Shown here piece by piece: positions 54,602 through 63,762 of a stretch of 64,000 bases of DNA. A model generated the notes under the pieces. It was not told where the DNA came from. It saw only the letters and a list, made by a program, of their open reading frames with translations, and searched no databases. The stretch comes from Patescibacteria group bacterium (GTDB lineage: Bacteria; Patescibacteriota; Patescibacteriia; Patescibacteriales; UBA12465). Positions within the stretch are counted from its first letter, which is position 1; each line of letters starts with the position of its first letter. Location of the stretch: the NCBI GenBank assembly GCA_016938835.1, contig JAFGTW010000037.1:9918-73917 (forward strand). Direction: 5' to 3'. The position numbers were made by a program, and so were the translations under genes.

Positions 54602-55273
54602 ATGAAGAAAAATCCATATTACCGTCTTCAGCCTAAAACTCGTGAACCATACACGACTATATATTTAATTCGTCATGCTAATCCTAACTACAGTTTAGAA
54701 AAGAAGCTGGGTGATCGTTTAATGCCACTATCACCAATGGGTAAAAAACAAGCCCAAGAACTAGCCAAGGCGTTATCAAAGATAAAGATTGATTCTGTTT
54801 ATGCTAGTTCTTTTGCCAGAGCTCAACAGACAGCGGCTTATTTTAGTAATCGTCATCACTTGGATGTTAAGATTGATGAGCGTTTAGATGAAATTGATTG
54901 GAAGGCTTGGCATCGAGTCAAATATTTTCGCACTTCTGAAGAGCGACGCAGACAATCTTTAGCTAGTTATCATCAACTAGATAAACAGTTAGATAAAATG
55001 CAGACACATACCAGGCGCGTACTGTCTGATATTTTTGAAAACAATAAAGGTAAAAATGTGGCCATTTTTTGTCATGGAAACATTATCAAGTCTTTTTTAA
55101 CTGGTGTTTTAGATGCTGATGTTTTAGGTTTTTTATCTCTGGAAATTTATCAAGCCTCAATTAGTCAGTTAGTGATTGATCGAGACGCTTACGTAAAGAT
55201 AGCTTGTATTAATGATATTAAACATTTATCTCAACAACCTAAAGAAGATTTATTTATCACCCTGGTTGATTAA
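54602..55273 (+). CDS. histidine phosphatase family protein (phosphoglycerate mutase-like)
   Basis: The RH of the catalytic RHG motif appears as IYLIRHANP, with a second His in a CHGN context. Confidence 0.65.
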   Translation: MKKNPYYRLQPKTREPYTTIYLIRHANPNYSLEKKLGDRLMPLSPMGKKQAQELAKALSKIKIDSVYASSFARAQQTAAYFSNRHHLDVKIDERLDEIDWKAWHRVKYFRTSEERRRQSLASYHQLDKQLDKMQTHTRRVLSDIFENNKGKNVAIFCHGNIIKSFLTGVLDADVLGFLSLEIYQASISQLVIDRDAYVKIACINDIKHLSQQPKEDLFITLVD

Positions 55274-55277
55274 TAAT

Positions 55278-56750
55278 ATGGCTAATTTATTTAGTTCTAG
55301 ATTTTTAGTAATAATAACGGTCGGGCTGCTTTATTTAGCCTGGCCGTTTTTAGGTGCTCAGGCTGCCGCTGATTTGTCTGGTAGAATATTATTACAAGTT
55401 GAATCTAAGGGTGAAGCTTGGTATGTAAGTCCAATAAATCATCAGCGCTATTATTTGGGAAGACCAGTTGATGCTTTCTCAGTTATGCGTAATTTAGGAC
55501 TTGGCATTAGTGAGGCTAATTATGCTCAGTTTAAATTATTTGGAGCCAGCAATTTAAAAGGGAGGATTTTGCTGAGAGTACAAGCAAATGGAGAAGCTTA
55601 TTATGTTAATCCACTTGATAATAAGTTAAATTATTTAGGAAGACCAGCTGATGCTTTTGATTTAATGCGTCGCTTCGGTCTTGGTATTAGTAACGCTGAT
55701 TTAGCCGGTATAAATATTTCATCTGAATCCGCCTTGCCTTTTATTACACAAACCGCAGATAATGGAGTTAGTTATCATTACACTTGGAGCTATAATAATA
55801 ACCCTTATTATTTGGATGTTAAATTAAATTCTGAACTTTTTAAAGATTATAGCTCTAGCTCTAAAGTTTATACTTATTTTGTCGGTTCTGAGCCAGCTGA
55901 TCCACGGGCAGCTTTTTATGGTATGTTTTTACAATTAAGAGATGACGATCAGGAGACAATGAATATTTTAAATAGATTAAATTCATTAGCTCAGAGTCAA
56001 GGTATTATTGGCGATAATGCTATGGCTTTTATTATGTCTTTTATTCAATATATTCCTTATGATCATGAGAAATTAGAGTCCGGGAATAATAACCCTTATT
56101 ACCCTTTTGAGACTTTATATTTGAATAAGGGGGTGTGTGCAGATAAAACTTTTTTAGCAGTTTTATGGCTTCGTAGTCTTGGCTATGGTGCAGCAATTTT
56201 AGATTTTCCTGATAGTAATCATTCAGCGGCTGGAATAGCCTGTCCGGTGGCTGATTCTTTAGCTAACTCCGGTTATTGTTATATTGAAACCACTAACTAT
56301 TTTCCTGTTGGAGTAGTGCCACCTAATATTAGTAATGGACAGGCAGTTGTTAATCAAGATCAGCTTGATTCTTTATTTAAAGCTGATAGATTGGGGAAAA
56401 TGGACATAAAGCAGGGGACTAGTGGCAAGCTATTCCAGGGAATGAGTTTAGTTAAGGCTGAGGCTGCTCGTATTTTATCTTTACGTCAGGAACTCAATCA
56501 AGCAAAATTAGAATTAGATAAACAGCAATCAGTTATTGATGTCGCTTATACTGCTTTAAAGTTGCAAGAAGCAGAATTAATGAGTTACAAGAATAGTAAT
56601 ATCAGTATCTATAATTCATTGGTACCTGCTTATAATGAAGCTGTAGCTAATTATACAGCTCAGACCAATATTTATAGCAAATCTGTAACCACCTATAATC
56701 TTCTAGTTAAGGAGTTTAATCAAAGTTATAGTAGTTTTTATCAGCAGTAA
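55278..56750 (+). CDS. secreted protein with two N-terminal ~53-aa tandem repeats, a transglutaminase-like Cys/His core and a C-terminal coiled coil
   Basis: Signal peptide. Repeats GRILLQVESKGEAWYVSP...YLGRPVDAF...GLGIS and GRILLRVQANGEAYYVNP...YLGRPADAF...GLGIS. Papain-like block KGVCADKTFLAVLWLRSLGYGAAIL...SNHSAAGI. Start taken at ATG 55278. Confidence 0.5.
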   Translation: MANLFSSRFLVIITVGLLYLAWPFLGAQAAADLSGRILLQVESKGEAWYVSPINHQRYYLGRPVDAFSVMRNLGLGISEANYAQFKLFGASNLKGRILLRVQANGEAYYVNPLDNKLNYLGRPADAFDLMRRFGLGISNADLAGINISSESALPFITQTADNGVSYHYTWSYNNNPYYLDVKLNSELFKDYSSSSKVYTYFVGSEPADPRAAFYGMFLQLRDDDQETMNILNRLNSLAQSQGIIGDNAMAFIMSFIQYIPYDHEKLESGNNNPYYPFETLYLNKGVCADKTFLAVLWLRSLGYGAAILDFPDSNHSAAGIACPVADSLANSGYCYIETTNYFPVGVVPPNISNGQAVVNQDQLDSLFKADRLGKMDIKQGTSGKLFQGMSLVKAEAARILSLRQELNQAKLELDKQQSVIDVAYTALKLQEAELMSYKNSNISIYNSLVPAYNEAVANYTAQTNIYSKSVTTYNLLVKEFNQSYSSFYQQ

Positions 56751-56787
56751 TTTTGCTTATATTAAACAATTAATATTTTATATTTTG

Positions 56788-56817
56788 CTTGACATAGTCC
56801 TAAATATCGGCTATTAT
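56788..56817 (+). promoter_or_regulatory. sigma70-type promoter of the rpsB-tsf operon, followed by a ~140-nt leader
   Basis: TTGACA (56788-56793), 18 nt spacer, then TATTAT (56812-56817). A long untranslated leader runs to ATG 56965. Confidence 0.5.
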
Positions 56818-56964
56818 TAGTGCTGTTGAGGTTTTTCCTTTGAATTTACCTCTTTTTATAATTTAAAAACGTCACGTCTGCACTTTTTCTTGATTTATAT
56901 TAGCTAAAATATAAATTAATTACAGACGGAAGTCCTGTCATAAGATAGGAGACAAAGAAAATTT

Positions 56965-57660
56965 ATGATTAAACTACCAAGTTTAGAAGACATGTTAAAA
57001 GCTGGTATGCATTTTGGACATCGAACTCATCGTTGGCATCCAAAAATGAAACCTTACATCTTTGGTGCTAAGAATGGCATTTATATTATTGATTTAGAAA
57101 AAAGTCGCCAGATGTTAGAAAAGGCTTTAGAGTTTATGTCTCAATTAGTTAAGGAGGGTAAACTTATTTTGTTCGTTGGTACTAAGAGCCAAGTTAAAGA
57201 TTCAATGAAAAAAATGGCCGAGATGACCGGACAACCATATATCGTAGGCAAGTGGTTGGGTGGTTATTTAACTAATTTTAGTGTTGTAAAAAAATCTGTG
57301 AAAAAATATACCGATTTAGTTGAAAAAAGAGATACTGGTAAGTTAGATAAATATACGAAAAAAGAACGTTTAGATTTTGATCGTGATATTAAACGCCTCA
57401 ATGAGCGCGTGGGCGGATTAACTGCTTTAAGTAAGATGCCTGATGCTTTATTTGTTTGGGATATTAAAGAGGAAGAGACAGCAGTAGCTGAGGCTCGTAA
57501 GAAAAATATTCCCGTAATTGCAGTTTGCGATACTAATGTTAATCCTGAATTAGCTAATTATCCAATTCCCGCCAATGATGACGCTACCAAAACCGTTAAA
57601 TTATTAATGGAGATTATTCAGTCAGCTATTATTGATGCTAAAAAAGATTTGAAAAATTAA
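56965..57660 (+). CDS. rpsB: 30S ribosomal protein S2
   Basis: MLKAGMHFGHRTHRWHPKM signature and full-length S2. Confidence 0.95.
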   Translation: MIKLPSLEDMLKAGMHFGHRTHRWHPKMKPYIFGAKNGIYIIDLEKSRQMLEKALEFMSQLVKEGKLILFVGTKSQVKDSMKKMAEMTGQPYIVGKWLGGYLTNFSVVKKSVKKYTDLVEKRDTGKLDKYTKKERLDFDRDIKRLNERVGGLTALSKMPDALFVWDIKEEETAVAEARKKNIPVIAVCDTNVNPELANYPIPANDDATKTVKLLMEIIQSAIIDAKKDLKN

Positions 57661-57704
57661 TTTTGTTAGGTTTAGCCCAAGCTTTTCCCAACGCTAATAA
57701 TTAT

Positions 57705-58499
57705 ATGGAATTAATTAAACAGTTAAGAGAAATTACCGGTGCCGGTATTGTTGATTGTAAAAAGGCACTTGTTGAATCAAATAATGACATACAGAAAGCT
57801 GTAGATATTTTAAGAAAGAGAGGCATTTCTAAAGCTGCTAAACGCGGCGATAGAGAAACAACTGAAGGAGTGATTAAAGTGGCCGTGAGTCCTGCTGGCG
57901 ATGAGGCTTATGCTTTTGAATTAACTTCTGAAACTGATTTTGTTTCTCGCAATGAGAAGTTTCAAAGTTTTGCTGAAGAGGTTATGGCCTTAGTTTTAAA
58001 AGAAAGGCCAGAGACTGTAGAGGATTTATTAGCCTTACCAATGACCCACGGTAGCGTGCAGGAAGACTTAGCTAACCTTAGTGGTACTATTGGTGAAAAA
58101 ATGAGTATTAGTCGTTATGCTAGAATTAAAGGTACAAGTTTAGCTGCTTATTCTCATTTGGGGGGAAAATTAGGTGTTTTAGTAGCTTTAGATGCGGCTG
58201 ATAAGTCAGATTTAGCTATGGATATTGCCATGCAAGTAGCAGCCGCTAATCCAAAATATTTAGAATCCTCTGAGGTTGAGGCGGGAGAAATGGATCGTGA
58301 AAAAGAAATTTATCGTGATCAATTATTAAAGGAAGGCAAACCAGAGGCGATGATTGAAAAAATATTAGAGGGTAAGATGGCAAAATATTACAGTGAAGTT
58401 TGTTTGGTTGAACAGGAGTATATTAAAGATGATAAAAAGAAGGTTAAGGATATTTTAGGCGCTGTTAAGATTTTAGCTTTTGTGCGTTTTAGTCTTTAA
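57705..58499 (+). CDS. tsf: translation elongation factor Ts
   Basis: N-terminal UBA-like block LIKQLREITGAGIVDCKKAL. Start taken at ATG 57705; the tracked ORF begins at an upstream TTG. Confidence 0.9.
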   Translation: MELIKQLREITGAGIVDCKKALVESNNDIQKAVDILRKRGISKAAKRGDRETTEGVIKVAVSPAGDEAYAFELTSETDFVSRNEKFQSFAEEVMALVLKERPETVEDLLALPMTHGSVQEDLANLSGTIGEKMSISRYARIKGTSLAAYSHLGGKLGVLVALDAADKSDLAMDIAMQVAAANPKYLESSEVEAGEMDREKEIYRDQLLKEGKPEAMIEKILEGKMAKYYSEVCLVEQEYIKDDKKKVKDILGAVKILAFVRFSL

Positions 58500-58523
58500 T
58501 TTATTTTAAATTCTAATTTTTTA

Positions 58524-58566
58524 GAGCCTCGCTAATATTCAAAAAAACTGGCGAGGCTTTGTTTAT
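58524..58566 (+). terminator. intrinsic terminator or attenuator after tsf
   Basis: gagcctcgc-(18 nt loop)-gcgaggctt stem followed by a T-rich tract. Confidence 0.45.
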
Positions 58567-58569
58567 ATT

Positions 58570-59412
58570 ATGCCTATTGTACAAGTACAATTTTCACCTT
58601 GGGATAAGGTCTATGATTTTTCTATGTCTAATGATATCGCTGCAACAGTTGGCGATTTTGTAATTGTAGATACGGAGATTGGTAAGGAATTAGGTAAAAT
58701 AACAGCTTTTATTGATGCTTCTAAACAAGAAATAGAATTGAAGACAGTCTTAAGACTTGCTAGTCTTGATGATGCTAAATCAGTTTATAATAATGAGCGC
58801 CGCGACCAGGCTATGTCTTTATGTCAAGATTTAATTACTCGCCATAATTTAGACATGAAGCTTATTGACGCTCGTTATTCCTATACTGGTAATCGTTTAA
58901 CTTATGCCTTTGCATCCGATGGGCGTGTTGATTTTAGAGAATTAGTTAAGGATTTAAATGCGAGCCTTAATTTAAATATTCGTCTCTTACAAATTGGTTC
59001 ACGCGACGAGGCTCGTTGCGAAGGTGATTGTGGTCCATGTGGATTAGAACTTTGTTGCCGTAGATTTGTGCGTGACTTTTCCTCCATCACTTCAGAAATG
59101 GCTGAAGCCCAACAAGTTGTTCATCGCGGTAGTGATCGTATTTCTGGTATGTGCGGACGCTTGATGTGTTGTCTCAGTTTTGAATATGTTGGCTACAAGG
59201 AGATGGCGGCTCAATTGCCGCCGTTAGGCACAAAAATTAAAGTTGAGGGTAGAATTGGTACAGTTATTGGTCATCATATTTTAGCTAAAACTATCGATGT
59301 CCGCTTTCCGCCAGAACATGAGGGAGAAAGAGCTTTAATTATTAAAGTTGATCCAAATAAAAAAGTTGATAAAAAAGATAAGGAAAAAGAAAACAAATTT
59401 AGGCGTTTTTAG
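58570..59412 (+). CDS. ricT: PSP1-domain protein RicT/YaaT (Fe-S cluster-binding regulator of RNA maturation)
   Basis: PSP1 C-terminal domain with Cys clusters CEGDCGPCGLELCC and GMCGRLMCCLSFEY. Confidence 0.8.
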   Translation: MPIVQVQFSPWDKVYDFSMSNDIAATVGDFVIVDTEIGKELGKITAFIDASKQEIELKTVLRLASLDDAKSVYNNERRDQAMSLCQDLITRHNLDMKLIDARYSYTGNRLTYAFASDGRVDFRELVKDLNASLNLNIRLLQIGSRDEARCEGDCGPCGLELCCRRFVRDFSSITSEMAEAQQVVHRGSDRISGMCGRLMCCLSFEYVGYKEMAAQLPPLGTKIKVEGRIGTVIGHHILAKTIDVRFPPEHEGERALIIKVDPNKKVDKKDKEKENKFRRF

Positions 59413-59435
59413 AAGTAGGTGGCAAAGATAAAATA

Positions 59436-59460
59436 AGCCTCTTTGCGGGGGCTTTTTTTG
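59436..59460 (+). terminator. intrinsic terminator after ricT
   Basis: agcctc-tttgcg-ggggct stem (one G.U pair) followed by ttttttt. Confidence 0.6.
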
Positions 59461-59517
59461 TGCTTAAAATATGCTATAATTAAAGATAATCAATCTAATT
59501 TATTAAGAAATTATTTT

Positions 59518-60531
59518 ATGTCTTTAAACCTTGCTATTAATGGTTTTGGCCGTATTGGTCGAGCCGCTTTCAAGATTATTTTAGATAGTCACCCAGATTT
59601 AAAAATAGTGGCTATTAACGATTTAACCGATACTAAGACTTTAGCTCATTTATTGGCCCATGACTCTTGTTATGGTCCTTATCAGCATAAAGTTTTTGGT
59701 GACTCTAAAGGTTTAATAGTAAAAGGAAAGAGATATGCTGTTTTTGCTGAAAAAGATCCACTGCAGTTGCCTTGGAAGAAGTTGGGTGTAGATGTAGTTC
59801 TAGAATGTACTGGACATTTTCGTGATAAAGAAAGTGCTTCTTTACACCTTAATGCTGGCGCCAAGAAAGTTATTATTTCCGCCCCGGCTAAGAAGGGTGG
59901 AGTAAAAACAATTGTACTCGGAGTTAATGATAAGCAGTTAAAAGCAAGTGATAATATTATTTCTAATGCTTCCTGTACTACTAATTGTCTTGCTCCAGCT
60001 ATGGCGGTAATTAAAGAAAAATTTGGTGTTAAGAAGGCTTTGATGACTACAATTCATTCTTATACAGCTGATCAAAATTTAGTTGACGGACCTCATTCTG
60101 ATTTACGTCGAGCTCGGGCAGCTGCAATTAATATGGTGCCAACTACTACCGGAGCTGCTATTGCCGTAGCTGAAACTATTCCTAGTTTAAAAGGGCGTTT
60201 TGATGGTCTTGCTGTTAGGGTTCCAACTCCGCTGGCTTCTTTGTGTGATATCGTTTGTGTATTAAATAAAAAGACTAATGATATTACGGTTAATAAAGCA
60301 TTTATAGCAGCTGCTAAAGGGAAGTTAAAGGGAATTTTAGAAGCTTCTGATGAGGAATTAGTTTCCACGGATATTATTGGCAATAACCATAGTTCAATTA
60401 TTGATTTAAAAAATACTAAGATTGTTGATGGGGACTTACTAAAGGTTGTCGCTTGGTATGATAATGAGTGGGGTTATTCCAGTCGCTTAGTGGAACTTGC
60501 TGCTTCACTGAAAAAGTTTATCAAAAAGTAA
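59518..60531 (+). CDS. gap: type I glyceraldehyde-3-phosphate dehydrogenase
   Basis: INGFGRIGR NAD-binding start and active-site block SNASCTTNCLAP. Start taken at ATG 59518. Confidence 0.9.
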   Translation: MSLNLAINGFGRIGRAAFKIILDSHPDLKIVAINDLTDTKTLAHLLAHDSCYGPYQHKVFGDSKGLIVKGKRYAVFAEKDPLQLPWKKLGVDVVLECTGHFRDKESASLHLNAGAKKVIISAPAKKGGVKTIVLGVNDKQLKASDNIISNASCTTNCLAPAMAVIKEKFGVKKALMTTIHSYTADQNLVDGPHSDLRRARAAAINMVPTTTGAAIAVAETIPSLKGRFDGLAVRVPTPLASLCDIVCVLNKKTNDITVNKAFIAAAKGKLKGILEASDEELVSTDIIGNNHSSIIDLKNTKIVDGDLLKVVAWYDNEWGYSSRLVELAASLKKFIKK

Positions 60532-60562
60532 TTAATATACTTAATAAATTTATCTTAAATTT

Positions 60563-61294
60563 ATGCAAGAAAATGTTTCTTCATCAAGGTCTAAAATGAC
60601 ACCATTTCTACAAACATTAATTCAAGCCTGGCGCTTATATGTTCGTGGTTTTGTTTCCTTTATCGGTATGTACTTATGGGGCCTGCTGGGTTTATTGCCA
60701 GTATTAGTATTAGCTTTATTAGCTTTGTTGGTATTTATGGTTTTGTCCTGGCATTTCTTTGTCTTGTATGTTCTTTTTGCTTTGCTTGGTCTAGCCTCTT
60801 TTGCTTGGGCTATTTATTATGGAACTCGGGCTAAAATTGGTTTAATATTATTATTAAAAAATGATTTTAAGAGTGTTAAGGCTGATTTTAAAGAAAGTAA
60901 AAAATATTTCTGGCGCTTTCTTTGGGCATCTTTGTTGGTTTCTTTAATTACAATAGTGCTGAGTCTTTTTTTAATTATTCCCGGGATTGTAGTTGGTGTA
61001 TCGTATGCTTTTACTTTATTTGCTGTAGTTTTAGCGGATAAACGCACTTTTTCTTCTATTGAAAAAAGTTATGATTTAGTTAAAAAATATTGGTGGCCAG
61101 TATTCGGGCGTTTTTTATTGCTCGGATTAATTGCCTTTGTGCTCGTATTAGTTATGAATATTCCGATGTCATATTTAAATGACATGGGTAAACAGGTGTA
61201 TTCAACTTTTTTCAATTTAGTTTGGGCTATACTTACTCCATATTTTTTAGTGTATACATATTTTATGTATCAAGACCTTGTTTCTAAACAGTAG
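60563..61294 (+). CDS. hypothetical polytopic membrane protein (243 aa)
   Basis: Six or more predicted hydrophobic helices. No catalytic motif. Confidence 0.5.
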   Translation: MQENVSSSRSKMTPFLQTLIQAWRLYVRGFVSFIGMYLWGLLGLLPVLVLALLALLVFMVLSWHFFVLYVLFALLGLASFAWAIYYGTRAKIGLILLLKNDFKSVKADFKESKKYFWRFLWASLLVSLITIVLSLFLIIPGIVVGVSYAFTLFAVVLADKRTFSSIEKSYDLVKKYWWPVFGRFLLLGLIAFVLVLVMNIPMSYLNDMGKQVYSTFFNLVWAILTPYFLVYTYFMYQDLVSKQ

Positions 61295-61334
61295 GCAATA
61301 GTTTAATAAAATAGGACGATTAAAATATCAGTTT

Positions 61335-62801
61335 ATGACGATTCCGGTATACATTTTAAAGATTATCAAGAAGCTGCACGCTGTTGGCTATAAGGTTGAA
61401 TTAGTGGGCGGTTGCGTTCGTGATGTGTTGATGGAAAAACAACCAAAGGACTGGGACTTAACCACTAATGCTCGTCCGGAACAGATATTATCTTTGTTTA
61501 AAGAAGCAAAATATGAGAATGATTTTGGAACAGTTCTAATCCCTTGTAAAGACAAAAATAAGAAATTATTAGGAGTAGCTGAAATAACTACTTATCGCTC
61601 TGAAAAAGCTTATAATGATCGTCGTCATCCGGATGAAGTTCGTTTTGAGAATGAAATTGAAAAAGATTTAGAGAGACGAGATTTTACTATTAATGCCATG
61701 GCTTTACGCATGGATAAAGATGGTGAGCATGAGTTTGGTAGCGAACACTTTATTTTGATTGATTTATTTGGTGGTTGGAAAGATATACGTAAAAAAGTTA
61801 TCAGAGCTGTTGGCGAACCTTCCGATCGCTTTAAGGAGGACGCTTTGCGCATGATGCGTGCTATTCGTTTTTCTGCTCAATTGGGCTTTTCCTTAGAACC
61901 AAAGACTCTTCGATCTATTACTAAATTGGCTGGTAGTTTGAAGTTTGTGGCCAAAGAAAGACTTAAGGATGAGTTGATTAAGATTTTGAGTTCGGATAGA
62001 CCAGCTGAAGGAATTAAAAATTTACAAGAAAGTAAGTTATTGCAATATTTAATTCCTGAACTTGAACAGGGAATTGGTGTTCGTCAAAATCATCACCATA
62101 TTTATCCGGTTTATAAGCATAACCTTTTATCTTTGCAAAATTGCCCTAGTTCCGAATGGCAGGTGCGTTTAGCTGCACTTTTACATGATGTCGGAAAACC
62201 TAAGGCTAAACGTTTTATTAATTCTCAGGTAACTTTTTATAATCACGAATATATTGGCGCTAAAATGGTAGATAAAATCATGAGTCGCCTAAAGTTTAAA
62301 AATGAAGATCGTGAAAGAGTGGTAAACCTTGTCAGAAATCATATGTTTTATTATGATGTAGGAGAGGTAACAGCCGCTTCTGTGAGACGTTTGGTAAGTA
62401 AGGTGGGACGAGAAAATCTGCAAGACTTGATTCATCTGCGTGTTGCTGATAGGCTTGGATCTGGTACGCCCAAGGCGATGCCTTATAAGCTTCGGCATTT
62501 ACAGTATATGATGGAAAAAGTGCAACATGATCCTGTTTCTGTAAAGATGTTAGCTATTAATGGGGATAGTTTAATTACAGAGCTTAAACTCAAACCTAGT
62601 CCTAAGATTGGCGCAATTTTAGATGTATTATTAGGTGAAGTATTAGAAGATCCGGAAAGAAATAACTCTAAATATTTACTGAAGAGAGCTAAGGAGTTAA
62701 AAACGGGCGAATTGGAGGATTTACGATCTCAAGCTAAGCAGTTAATTGAAGAAAAGAGAGAAGATGAGGATAGAAATATTCAACAACGTTATAAAGTTTA
62801 A
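61335..62801 (+). CDS. cca: CCA tRNA nucleotidyltransferase (poly(A) polymerase head domain plus HD domain)
   Basis: Nucleotidyltransferase GGxVRD block (VGGCVRDVLM) with DxD, a C-terminal HD motif (LLHDVGKP) and an RNA-binding tail. Confidence 0.85.
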   Translation: MTIPVYILKIIKKLHAVGYKVELVGGCVRDVLMEKQPKDWDLTTNARPEQILSLFKEAKYENDFGTVLIPCKDKNKKLLGVAEITTYRSEKAYNDRRHPDEVRFENEIEKDLERRDFTINAMALRMDKDGEHEFGSEHFILIDLFGGWKDIRKKVIRAVGEPSDRFKEDALRMMRAIRFSAQLGFSLEPKTLRSITKLAGSLKFVAKERLKDELIKILSSDRPAEGIKNLQESKLLQYLIPELEQGIGVRQNHHHIYPVYKHNLLSLQNCPSSEWQVRLAALLHDVGKPKAKRFINSQVTFYNHEYIGAKMVDKIMSRLKFKNEDRERVVNLVRNHMFYYDVGEVTAASVRRLVSKVGRENLQDLIHLRVADRLGSGTPKAMPYKLRHLQYMMEKVQHDPVSVKMLAINGDSLITELKLKPSPKIGAILDVLLGEVLEDPERNNSKYLLKRAKELKTGELEDLRSQAKQLIEEKREDEDRNIQQRYKV

Positions 62802-62852
62802 CTGATTTTTTGTTCCTTGATTTTTTTGTATCAAGGTATTAATTATAATTTT

Positions 62853-63659
62853 ATGAAAAAAATTAATAAATCACTTCTAGTGTTTGGTTTGGGGGCTTTA
62901 GTTTTAACATTGTCCGCTTGCGGCACGGAAGTTCCTAATGTTAACGATAATATGGATATTCAAGATCAAAAAGCTGTTTCAGAAACAGCTAATTCTAGGC
63001 AAGCCAATAATAATGGCACTGTTAAAAAAATAGATGACGGTGAATTTCAAGCAGAGACAACTCCGACGAATGAAATGCTTGCAACAATTAATGATGAGGC
63101 TAAAGTGGCTGAAAAAGAAGCAACTTTAGCAAAAGTAGTGGCCCCTGATCAACAGATTAGTTTAATTTCTGAATACAGTGGCGCTATTATCAAGACAAAC
63201 ATGGGTGATATTCAAGTAAAATTTTATAACGAAGAATCCCCAGTCACAGTGAACAATTTCATGAATTTAGCCCAGGCCGGCTTCTATAATGGAACAGCAT
63301 TTCATCGTGTTATTAAAGATTTTATGATTCAGGGCGGTGATCCAAATTCTAAGGATGATGATTGGTCTAATGATGGCATAGGTGGCCCTGGATATTATTT
63401 TGCTGATGAAATTAATGATCATAAGCTAGTGGCTGGTTCTTTGGCTATGGCTAATAGAGGGGCAGGCACTAGTAGTAATGGTTCTCAGTTTTTTATTGTT
63501 ACGGCCGCCTCTACGCCTTGGCTAGATGGTTCTCATACTAATTTTGGTCAGGTTATTTCTGGCATGGACGTGGTTAATAAAATTAGTGTTGTTGCTGTTA
63601 ACGCTAATGACCACCCACTTGAGGATGTAGTAGTTCAAAATATTGAATTAGTAAAATAG
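62853..63659 (+). CDS. cyclophilin-type peptidyl-prolyl cis-trans isomerase, lipoprotein
   Basis: Lipobox LTLSAC signal and cyclophilin blocks [15 protein letters not shown] and GSQFFI. Start taken at ATG 62853. Confidence 0.85.
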   Translation: MKKINKSLLVFGLGALVLTLSACGTEVPNVNDNMDIQDQKAVSETANSRQANNNGTVKKIDDGEFQAETTPTNEMLATINDEAKVAEKEATLAKVVAPDQQISLISEYSGAIIKTNMGDIQVKFYNEESPVTVNNFMNLAQAGFYNGTAFHRVIKDFMIQGGDPNSKDDDWSNDGIGGPGYYFADEINDHKLVAGSLAMANRGAGTSSNGSQFFIVTAASTPWLDGSHTNFGQVISGMDVVNKISVVAVNANDHPLEDVVVQNIELVK

Positions 63660-63708
63660 TTTATTTGCAAAAGATTACTGGCAAGATTTATTTTTTAGCC
63701 GTTAAAAC

Positions 63709-63741
63709 AAAACCCCCACTTTTTATAAAGTGGGGGTTTTT
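63709..63741. terminator. bidirectional intrinsic terminator between the convergent PPIase and RRM genes
   Basis: cccccacttt-ttat-aaagtggggg perfect 10-bp stem flanked by an A-tract and a T-tract. Confidence 0.8.
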
Positions 63742-63762
63742 AGAATTTGCTGTAAAATATCT

